Assembly (NCBI GenBank): GCA_021498095.1
Contig: JAIZWK010000001.1
Coordinates: 4,170,001 to 4,202,000, forward strand
Source: Candidatus Harpocratesius repetitus
GTDB taxonomy: Archaea > Asgardarchaeota > Lokiarchaeia > Sigyniarchaeales > Promethearchaeaceae
Reading direction: 5' to 3'
Length of the DNA: 32,000 nucleotides
This document shows, piece after piece, positions 24,022 through 32,000 of the stretch; position 1 is the first letter of the stretch; the number at the start of each line of letters is the position of its first letter. The notes beneath the pieces were generated by a model. The model did no database searches and was not told the DNA's origin. It saw only the letters and a program-made list of their open reading frames with translations. Made by a program: the position numbers and the translations under genes.

Positions 24022-27000
24022 TTACAATAAAGGAATGACATTCCATTTATCTTGTAATACATCTATTTCCGTATGGTTGATCTTTAGAGTTATAGAAGGG
24101 ATTCTTGAATCTTTTAAACGGATTTTTACTTCTTGATTTGATATTTTAATCATATACAAAATTCCATGATAAAAGAAGTTCATAATTATACTTTCAATTT
24201 GATTGGGTAAATTTGGATGAATATATATTTGATTTTCTGCAATTTGGAAACCTCCATAAGAACGAATTAATTCAATGATGCTTGAGGCCATTACTCCGGT
24301 ATGGATACCTTCTCCAGTTGTTCCACCTTGTATATCAAATATATCACTTTCTAAAGCGTTAATATAAAATTGCCATCCCAATGAATGATTATTGAGTTTT
24401 TCAGCCAAATGAGAAAAAACAATTTTACTTAATGTGGATCCGTGAGAAGTCCGTGGAAGATAATAATCAAAATTCTTTTCCAACAATTGATTATAAGAAA
24501 AACTTCCAAATCTTTGCAATATATTCATTATTTCTTCTTGAGAAAGAAGGTAAAAAGCCATTAATACATCTGGTTGCTTTGAGACTTTATAAAAATCAGG
24601 ATTTAAATTCTCAGATTTTAAAATTCGGTCAAGGCGAGAAATATTTCCGTATTTCTTTTTATAATTCGTCCAATTAAATTCTTTTAAATTAAAATATCCG
24701 ACAAATTGCTCAATAATTCCGTCCTTATCTATCGAAATGGATAGATTTTGTCGAATATCATTCCACTTTTGGAGATCTACAGATTGAATTTGAAATCTAT
24801 TTAATAATTGAGTTTCTTTTTTTGAACCAAGTAAATTTAGAAGGAGAACGGCTTTTTCTAACAACCAACAAACCATGATATTGGTATATGCATTATTTAT
24901 TAAACCTAAACGATCCCCATTAGGCATTTTTTCATGAAATTCATCAGGTCCCATTACTTCCGATAAATCATATTTTTTGGTGATAGTATTAATTTTTAGA
25001 TTATCAACCCAAAAATGAACAATTTCAATAAAAATTTCAAGTCCATAATTCTTCAAAAACTCAAAATCTTGAGTTATTTTGAAATAATTCCAGATATTGT
25101 ATGCAATTGCTAGCGAAACATGTTTTTGCAAATAGCTAAAATCATTATCCCATTTACCTGATTTTGGATTAAAATGGTATTTTTGAGTAGTTTCTTCCCC
25201 ATTTCGACCACTTTGCCATGGAAACATTGCGCCTTTGAAATTATTTTCCTCTGCATTAATCTTCGCAGATAAAAGACGATAATATCTATATAGAAGCAAT
25301 GCTCGTGTAATTTCAGGAAAAAATAAATTGTAAAAGGGAAAAATAAATACTTCATCCCAAAAAATGTGCCCATGATAAGATTCACCTGTTAACCCACGAG
25401 CAGGTATCCCAAAATCAAAATTTTGATTAACTAAAGAAGCGGTTGACAGTAAATGATAAGAATGTAACCGAATCGCTTGCTGTACGAATCGATCTCCTAT
25501 TAACTGAATATCCATTCTTTCCCAATAAGAATGCCATTTCTCTCGATGATTTTTAAGGAGCAGGGAAAAATCTGGAAGATTTTTTAGGGTTAATCGCGCC
25601 ATTTTTATTGGATCTGCAGAATCAAAGTGATTCGAAGTATAGAGAACAACAATTTTCTGGATGTTAGCAACTTCGTTTTTTTTTAAATTAATCGCAAATG
25701 TTGTATCAATTCGAGCTTGATCTTGAAAATTTATAAATTCAGGTTTGATACTTACAGAATTTTTTAACACTTTCAACTTTACCCATTCTGTGATGAGAAT
25801 ATTGGATTCTGAAGTTTTCATGGTTAAATAACTAAGGTTTTTTTCACACATACTGGAAATATACTTAAGATGTTGATTCTGGAATGATCTATATCTGTCA
25901 ACTCCCTCATTACGAATATTACCATCGATACTTGATTTAAAAATAAACTTTCCAGAATAGTTCAAAGGTTTTACTTTATAATCCAACACACCTATGTGAG
26001 GATTATCATGGCTAGCAAAAATTTTTGTTTGGATTTCAGTCCTCTTTCCATTTAAATCCTCAATGATTAAATCCCTATAAGAAATTCCATCTCTCAAGTC
26101 TATTCCTTTTTTATACAAAACAATTTTCCTTTCAGAATTACCTATATAGTTATTTATATCAAACCAAGTGTTGTTATTACTATTCTTAAAGGTTAATAAA
26201 ATCCAATTTGGAACATTTACTAAATCTTCGATCGAAAGAATTTTTCCTTCAATTTTAGAATTTAATTTATTATATACTCCTGCCAAATAGGTTCCAGGAT
26301 AATTAAATTTCGTGCGTGAATTTTCAATTTGAACGCCTCGACTACCGAAATAACCATTACCAATTGAACAAAGTGTTTCTATCACTTTTTCTTTATCATT
26401 CTGGTATTCGTTTGTTTCAAATTTCCATAATCGTTGAGGGAGTCCATTTTCAAACCAATTTTTGATATCTTCAATAGAAATTTCATTCAAATCTGAAACC
26501 ACGATATCTGCACCATTTTGTCTTAAATTTTCATGATTATTATGGCGAGCAACGCCAATGACCAATCCAAAATGACCTTTTGTTCCTGCTTGGACACCAG
26601 ATACAGCATCTTCAACAATTACGGATTGAAAATAGGGAACTTTGAGATTATGACAAGCAGTGAGAAAAAGATCAGGCGCGGGTTTTCCTTGCAGACTATA
26701 TTGCTTTATTGTCGTTCCATCTACGATTGTATCAAATAAATGAGTAATATGAGCAACGTTTAATACATGCTTACAGTTTTTACTTGATGAAGCAACTCCA
26801 ATTTTCACTCCTTGAGAACGAAGTTCTTGAATTAATCTTAGAGTGGATGAATACAGATCAACTCCTTGTTCATATAGAATTTCATTAATTAACTTGTTTT
26901 TTCGATTTCCTAACCCACAAATCGTTTCCTCTGATTCTGAATCTGTTGGACATCCATAAGGAATCTTTATATTTCGCGATTCTAAAAAGGATTGAACGCC

Positions 27001-27204
27001 TTTATATCGAGGTTTCCCATCCACGAAAGGTAAATAATCAGATTCATGATTAAACTCAAAAAATGGTTCATTAAATCGCTTTTCTCGACTCTTAAGATAG
27101 TCATCGAACATCTTTTTCCATGCCATACAGTGTAAACTGGCTGTTTGGGTAATTACTCCATCAAGATCGAAAATCACCGCTTTTAAAGAAGATATTCTTT
27201 TCAC
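24022..27204 (-). CDS. Fused beta-phosphoglucomutase-like HAD domain and GH65 disaccharide phosphorylase (trehalose/maltose/kojibiose type)
   Basis: HAD: VIFDLDGVIT, ASSSKN, GKPAPD, VEDAVSG. GH65: GNGYFGSRG, ARGLTGESYHGHIFWDE, WQSG, MGPDEFHE, KQPDV, HGSTLS. Confidence 0.93.
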   Translation of the reverse strand: MKRISSLKAVIFDLDGVITQTASLHCMAWKKMFDDYLKSREKRFNEPFFEFNHESDYLPFVDGKPRYKGVQSFLESRNIKIPYGCPTDSESEETICGLGNRKNKLINEILYEQGVDLYSSTLRLIQELRSQGVKIGVASSSKNCKHVLNVAHITHLFDTIVDGTTIKQYSLQGKPAPDLFLTACHNLKVPYFQSVIVEDAVSGVQAGTKGHFGLVIGVARHNNHENLRQNGADIVVSDLNEISIEDIKNWFENGLPQRLWKFETNEYQNDKEKVIETLCSIGNGYFGSRGVQIENSRTKFNYPGTYLAGVYNKLNSKIEGKILSIEDLVNVPNWILLTFKNSNNNTWFDINNYIGNSERKIVLYKKGIDLRDGISYRDLIIEDLNGKRTEIQTKIFASHDNPHIGVLDYKVKPLNYSGKFIFKSSIDGNIRNEGVDRYRSFQNQHLKYISSMCEKNLSYLTMKTSESNILITEWVKLKVLKNSVSIKPEFINFQDQARIDTTFAINLKKNEVANIQKIVVLYTSNHFDSADPIKMARLTLKNLPDFSLLLKNHREKWHSYWERMDIQLIGDRFVQQAIRLHSYHLLSTASLVNQNFDFGIPARGLTGESYHGHIFWDEVFIFPFYNLFFPEITRALLLYRYYRLLSAKINAEENNFKGAMFPWQSGRNGEETTQKYHFNPKSGKWDNDFSYLQKHVSLAIAYNIWNYFKITQDFEFLKNYGLEIFIEIVHFWVDNLKINTITKKYDLSEVMGPDEFHEKMPNGDRLGLINNAYTNIMVCWLLEKAVLLLNLLGSKKETQLLNRFQIQSVDLQKWNDIRQNLSISIDKDGIIEQFVGYFNLKEFNWTNYKKKYGNISRLDRILKSENLNPDFYKVSKQPDVLMAFYLLSQEEIMNILQRFGSFSYNQLLEKNFDYYLPRTSHGSTLSKIVFSHLAEKLNNHSLGWQFYINALESDIFDIQGGTTGEGIHTGVMASSIIELIRSYGGFQIAENQIYIHPNLPNQIESIIMNFFYHGILYMIKISNQEVKIRLKDSRIPSITLKINHTEIDVLQDKWNVIPLL

Positions 27205-27269
27205 CTCGTTGTAATATCAAAAAAATTTTTAAAATGTTAATGACTTAAACGATTTAATAGTCCATTTCC

Positions 27270-28382
27270 TTAATCATCAAATTTTTGAATGGGAATATTA
27301 TAAAGTAAATTTACTTCAGTTTTTGCATCAAATATATGAATTTTTTCAATAGGTATAGAAATATAGGCAGTATCACCCATTTTTCCTGAATAAAATCCAG
27401 AAGTCACAGCCATTGCAGAAATCCCCCCTTTAAAATCGAAAGAGACAACAGTATTTGCACCGAGATATTCAAGAACGGAAATTTGGACTTCAATGGAGCC
27501 CGGAAAAGGTTTTTGCTTAATTTCAATATGTTCAGGTCGAATTCCCATTATAAGACCATTATTTAATTTTGGTTGAATTTTATTCACATATTCTTCTGGA
27601 ATTTTTATTATATTTTCTCCAAATCTTAAATTTGATGATTCTAAATCACATTCTATAAAATTCATCATAGGAGAACCTATAAATCCTGCAACAAATTTGT
27701 TTCGAGGGTAATTGTACACTTCATGAGGAGTCCCAACTTGTTGAATTCGTCCTTGATTTAAAATCGTAATTCTATCTGCCATAGACATAGCTTCTACTTG
27801 ATCATGCGTTACATAAATTAAAGTCGTCTGAAGTTGTTTTTGTAATTTAATAATTTCTGCTCGCATTTGAGTTCGTAATTTTGCATCTAAATTACTCAAC
27901 GGTTCATCAAAAAGAAAAACAGTTGGATTTCTGACAATGCAGCGACCTAAGGCGACTCGTTGTCTTTGACCTCCACTAAGTTCTTTGGGTTTTCGATCAA
28001 GAAGATGAGATATGTTTAAAATATTCGCAGCTTTTTGAACCCGTTTTTCTATTTCATCAGGTTTTAATCTTGCCAATCGTAATGCAAAACTCATGTTTTT
28101 TCTAACATCCATATGTGGATATAATGCATAAGATTGGAAAACCATGGCTAATTTGCGCTCTTTGGGAGGCAACTCATTCACACATTGATCACCAAAGTAA
28201 ATTTCACCAGATGTAACTATTTCCAATCCTGCAATTAGATTTAAACAAGTAGATTTCCCACATCCTGATGGTCCAACTAAAACCATAAATTCTTTGTCTC
28301 GAATCGTTAAATCAATATCTTTCAATACATGCACGTTTGGTTTGAAAATTTTATTCACTTTTCTTAATTCAATTTTAACCAT
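27270..28382 (-). CDS. Sugar ABC transporter ATP-binding protein (MalK/MsmX family)
   Basis: Walker A GPSGCGKS, VFQSYALYPH, LSGGQRQR, LFDEPLSNLD, YVTHDQ, C-terminal TOBE region. ATG at 28382 follows the AGGTGA RBS. Confidence 0.96.
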   Translation of the reverse strand: MVKIELRKVNKIFKPNVHVLKDIDLTIRDKEFMVLVGPSGCGKSTCLNLIAGLEIVTSGEIYFGDQCVNELPPKERKLAMVFQSYALYPHMDVRKNMSFALRLARLKPDEIEKRVQKAANILNISHLLDRKPKELSGGQRQRVALGRCIVRNPTVFLFDEPLSNLDAKLRTQMRAEIIKLQKQLQTTLIYVTHDQVEAMSMADRITILNQGRIQQVGTPHEVYNYPRNKFVAGFIGSPMMNFIECDLESSNLRFGENIIKIPEEYVNKIQPKLNNGLIMGIRPEHIEIKQKPFPGSIEVQISVLEYLGANTVVSFDFKGGISAMAVTSGFYSGKMGDTAYISIPIEKIHIFDAKTEVNLLYNIPIQKFDD

Positions 28383-28388
28383 GTAGTA

Positions 28389-28395
28389 ATCACCT
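28389..28395 (-). promoter_or_regulatory. Shine-Dalgarno motif AGGTGAT for the ABC ATPase gene
   Basis: Minus strand reads TAA-AGGTGATTACTAC-ATG between the permease stop and the ATPase start. Confidence 0.7.
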
Positions 28396-30489
28396 TTATC
28401 CTTTAACTGCACCACTTGTAATTCCTTTAATTATTTGCTTTTGAAAGATCAAGACTATAATTACTAATGGAACAGTCGCTAATGAAGTCGCTGCCATTAA
28501 TGCAATGTCAGTATCCCAATCCGCAGAAAGACTTAAAGGACTTTGAACAAAACGCAAAATAGCACGGGGAACGGTATGATTAACATCACTCACTAACCAT
28601 ATTTGAGCAAATAATAACTCATTCCATGCATTAATAAATACTAAAATAAAGCAAGTAAATAGACCCGGAATCACTAATGGTGCAATTACCTTGTAAAAGA
28701 TTTGAAAATTTGATGCCCCATCAACTTTTGCGGCTTTCCATAAATCTTCAGGAATTTCTTGAAAAAAAGATCTTAACACAAATGTTGCAATCGGTAAATT
28801 AAAAGCAGTATATGGTAGAAGTAATCCTAAGAGATTATCAGTCAAATCCATGAATGGAAATATTTCTGCAATCGTTTTAACTTGAATAAAATAAGGTATA
28901 ATTATTATTAAAGCGGGTAAAGAAGTCATTGTAAAGATAATTCCAGTAGAGAGCATTTTTCCGGGAAATTTAAATTTCGCTAAAGCATATCCTGTCAGGG
29001 ATCCAATAATTAAAACAATTACGCCTGTTGTACTAGAAAGAATAAATCCATTTACTAATGCTCTACCAAAGCTGACTCCTGTAAATCCTGATGTTTCAAA
29101 AACTACTTTAAAAGCTTTAATAGAAAAATATTTCGGAAAGAATTCAAAGGACATTTGAGGAATATAAGGATTTCGAAATGATCGTCCAACAATCCAAATA
29201 AATGGTGCAGAACAGAATAAAATCATAAATATTATTGCTAATCTAAATCCCCAACGTTCAATTGCACGACGACGATTAAATCTTTTTAATACGCCCTTTT
29301 TAAGTGTAATTTTGGATGTTAAAGCTTCTTCTTTTTCAGTAAGAATTAAATCATCTGATTTTGACCTATTAATAAGATGCAATTTTTTTTTTGTTATTTT
29401 TTTTTCCTTTTTGAAAACACCAATATTTATACGATTTAGTTGTAACTTTATTTTTTTCCGTAAAATTTTCCAAATTTTATGTTTTTTAGGTTTTCGTTCT
29501 TTTGAAGCCCATTTAAATATAATCAAAGCAAATGTTGCAATTAGGACGAATTCCAATATCGCTACTGCTGAAGCCATGCCAAACTCTTGACTTTTTGCCC
29601 AGAAATTCACTGCTTGGTATGTCATCGAATAAACACTTGTATCACGAAAAACTACAATCGCATCATATACTCTTATTGCATCCATCATCCTAAAAACCAG
29701 CGCAATTCCCACTCCTGGTCTGATCATTGGCCAAGTAATTTTCCAAAATTTCTGCCAATTATTTGCTCCTGCAATATCTGCTGCTTTATAGAGATCATCA
29801 GGTACGATTTGTAAAGCTGCAAGAATAAGTAAACTAAAATAAGGCGTGGTTTTCCAGACATCAATAAATATACAACAGATCATAGTAAACGTTATATCAA
29901 CATCTAAAAGATAAGGAGAATAAGGAACTGGAAGAATAAGAGTAAACAGTGTTTGAACATCTGCACCATAAAAGGCAACTTCTCTTCCACTTAAAGCATG
30001 AATAATTGAATTAAATACACCGTAATCACTAAGAGGAGCGAAAAATTCATATCGAAAAATAGTAGCAGAAGCCACTGTAGGTAATGCCCAAGGTATTAAA
30101 AGGGTTGCTCGAGCTAACCCCCTTCCCCAAAATTTTTTATTTAATAATAGCGCAAAAACAATTCCTAAAAATAATTCAAAAAATACTGCAACTATCGAAA
30201 AGAATAGAGTTTGATAAGTATACTGCCAAAAGTATTTTGTGTTTCTTCCACCATAAAAGAGGAGTTCATAATAATTTAAAATTGATATTTTAGTTCCAAA
30301 ATATCCTGCAGTTGCAGAACTATCTGTGAAGCTGATAAAAATACCAATGATTAATGGAAAAAAGATCCCAAATAAAAAGACAACCAATGCAGGAATTAGA
30401 ATTTTAAGTGCAAATTTAGTGTCTTTCTCATATCTTTTTTTTTTTTTAGTTAAATTTAATTTTGGTTTTATTACAGAAACTTCTGCCAT
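28396..30489 (-). CDS. Fused double carbohydrate ABC permease (MalF-like plus MalG-like)
   Basis: Two EAA-loop motifs (DLYKAADIAGA..WQKFWKITWP; DLWKAAKVDGAS.FQIFYKV) joined by a long Lys/Arg-rich linker. Confidence 0.92.
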   Translation of the reverse strand: MAEVSVIKPKLNLTKKKKRYEKDTKFALKILIPALVVFLFGIFFPLIIGIFISFTDSSATAGYFGTKISILNYYELLFYGGRNTKYFWQYTYQTLFFSIVAVFFELFLGIVFALLLNKKFWGRGLARATLLIPWALPTVASATIFRYEFFAPLSDYGVFNSIIHALSGREVAFYGADVQTLFTLILPVPYSPYLLDVDITFTMICCIFIDVWKTTPYFSLLILAALQIVPDDLYKAADIAGANNWQKFWKITWPMIRPGVGIALVFRMMDAIRVYDAIVVFRDTSVYSMTYQAVNFWAKSQEFGMASAVAILEFVLIATFALIIFKWASKERKPKKHKIWKILRKKIKLQLNRINIGVFKKEKKITKKKLHLINRSKSDDLILTEKEEALTSKITLKKGVLKRFNRRRAIERWGFRLAIIFMILFCSAPFIWIVGRSFRNPYIPQMSFEFFPKYFSIKAFKVVFETSGFTGVSFGRALVNGFILSSTTGVIVLIIGSLTGYALAKFKFPGKMLSTGIIFTMTSLPALIIIIPYFIQVKTIAEIFPFMDLTDNLLGLLLPYTAFNLPIATFVLRSFFQEIPEDLWKAAKVDGASNFQIFYKVIAPLVIPGLFTCFILVFINAWNELLFAQIWLVSDVNHTVPRAILRFVQSPLSLSADWDTDIALMAATSLATVPLVIIVLIFQKQIIKGITSGAVKG

Positions 30490-30565
30490 AATCTTTGCTC
30501 CAATTTCTTTTTTATTATTTTAACTTAACATTAATAAAAGATTAAAAAAAATAAAACACTGGAAA

Positions 30566-32000
30566 TTAGTGTTTTTTCTTTATAATCACAAGAGTTCCAG
30601 CAGTTAAGCCCATGAATGCTATCATAAAAACCCATGTATATCCTGGAATAGAAACAGAATCTGAAGTTGGTCCTCCACTAATAATTTCTGAAATTGCTGT
30701 ATCCATTTCTCCTAAACCTTTTTCAACTGATTTAACACCACCTAAAATATCATTGAATTTATCTGCAATTTCAGTACTGATTTCAGGATATTTTGGATGA
30801 ACTGGGCGCGAAAGAGTTCGATCAGCTGCATCTTTAAATTTGGAAACCCATTCAAATCCAGCAGGTAGATCATCAAAGACCGATTTCAAAGCAGGAAAAT
30901 TGGAACATTCAGTTAATTCTGCATTTTGAGCGGTGGTATTCCCTAAAAATCGAATTAGCTTCAGCGCCAAATCTTGATGAGTACTATAGGAATTAATAGC
31001 TAAAATCGCACCTCCCACAACAGATGATTTCTCGTCTGCAGAACCAGTTTTTGTTGGCATAGCAGTAACTCCAAATTGAATGTAGTTTCCTGAACCATCA
31101 GTAGCGTTCAAAATATCTGTGTCCTCTGAAAGACCATAAGCAAATGGCCATTGCCGCATAAAAATGGCATTTCCTGCGAGCCACATACCGACACTTGAAC
31201 CTTCATCATGAGTTAACCCCGCACGAGGTATAATATATCCAGTACCTTGAACACCCGTATATCGTGGAGCTACAAGGCCTTTCAGGAATTCCATCGCACC
31301 TTGAACATCTGTGGTATTTAAGTTTGGATTACCATTTTCATCAAATATAGAAGTGACACCAGCGGAACCAATCCATTCTATAAAATTACATACACCGCCT
31401 TCATATGCATCAAATTGGCCTACAAATCCAACAAGATCGGGATTCAATTCTTGTTCAGTTGTATTTGCTAAAATCTTATTAGTGTTCGTTTTAAATTCAT
31501 CCCATGTATCAAAATCATCAATTGTAAAGCCATTTCGCGTTATTATATCATTACGGTAGAACAATACTCCAAGGTTCATAAAATATGGATATGCCCATAT
31601 CTTTCCATCATAAGTACAACTCTGAACCATACCACCAAAGTAGTTATCCATTTCCCCACTCTCTAAATCCGCAGTGAGATCTTTTATCCATCCGTTTTCC
31701 GCAAATTGTGCAGTCCAGACTGTATCTAACCCAATCACATCAAATTCACTATCCCCAGCCGCTAATAAGGTCGTTAAATAAGTTAATTGGTCATCAGCAC
31801 GTGTACCTGAAGCGACCACTTCAACTGCATCAACCCCATCAGTAACAGCAAGGAAATCATCGACGACAGCTTCTACTCCAGGAGCTTGCTGATCAGTAAC
31901 GATTATTTTTAAAGTAACGCCTTGTGCTTTAGATGTACTAACCATTACCAACCCAATAGGTAATACCATCATAACGAGTAGAAGGGTGCTATAAATGAAT
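30566..32000 (-). CDS. Sugar ABC solute-binding protein (trehalose/maltose-binding-protein-like) with C-terminal IPGY-TM-basic anchor; 5' end off-window
   Basis: DVIGLDTVWTAQF, YEGGVCNF, FMRQWPFAY, GGAILAIN, RPVHPKYPEIS; ends SVSIPGYTWVFMIAFMGLTAGTLVIIKKKH. The frame stays open from 31972 to the window edge (FIYSTLLLVMM). Confidence 0.9.
   Translation of the reverse strand, partial: FIYSTLLLVMMVLPIGLVMVSTSKAQGVTLKIIVTDQQAPGVEAVVDDFLAVTDGVDAVEVVASGTRADDQLTYLTTLLAAGDSEFDVIGLDTVWTAQFAENGWIKDLTADLESGEMDNYFGGMVQSCTYDGKIWAYPYFMNLGVLFYRNDIITRNGFTIDDFDTWDEFKTNTNKILANTTEQELNPDLVGFVGQFDAYEGGVCNFIEWIGSAGVTSIFDENGNPNLNTTDVQGAMEFLKGLVAPRYTGVQGTGYIIPRAGLTHDEGSSVGMWLAGNAIFMRQWPFAYGLSEDTDILNATDGSGNYIQFGVTAMPTKTGSADEKSSVVGGAILAINSYSTHQDLALKLIRFLGNTTAQNAELTECSNFPALKSVFDDLPAGFEWVSKFKDAADRTLSRPVHPKYPEISTEIADKFNDILGGVKSVEKGLGEMDTAISEIISGGPTSDSVSIPGYTWVFMIAFMGLTAGTLVIIKKKH

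Noticed and set aside
326-31559. Short ORFs antisense to or overlapping long genes (e.g. 326-583, 2323-2553, 3832-4107, 8131-8391, 16062-16415, 17828-18199, 25110-25385, 29312-29814, 31311-31559)
   Set aside because: They are shadows of well-supported genes on another frame or strand and have no motifs of their own.
1-32000. CRISPR array or cas genes
   Set aside because: No repeat-spacer periodicity was seen; the only long dispersed repeat occurs twice, and no Cas motifs were recognised.

Overview
AT-rich archaeal chromosomal window, most consistent with an Asgard archaeon of the Lokiarchaeia type. This is inferred from BHB-type tRNA introns, an Arf-like small GTPase, an IPGY C-terminal anchor on a solute-binding protein, a GGTGA Shine-Dalgarno motif and oligo-T terminators. 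From left to right the window holds: a coupled hypothetical/DUF2085-like membrane pair; a degenerate Arf-like GTPase; GNAT and zinc-ribbon membrane genes; a radical SAM-cysteine hydrolase-DUF362 cluster; a decayed segment (mntP remnant and a PAS histidine kinase that lost its ATPase domain); an aroQ-aroA-aroD/aroC shikimate operon; a ~4.2 kb integrase-less island; an AbiE toxin-antitoxin pair; rubrerythrin plus VIT1; and a trehalose/maltose-type ABC uptake and GH65 phosphorolysis operon that runs off the right edge. The most unusual feature is a minus-strand tRNA-Asp(GTC) at 19678-19805 with two non-canonical introns (D-loop, and T-loop 59/60 with a perfect bulge-helix-bulge). Its 3' end is duplicated 4.2 kb away, and the duplication boundary lies inside the T-loop intron at a 10-bp palindrome, so the attachment site appears to use the intron itself. 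All family assignments come from motif recognition by eye; no database search was run.
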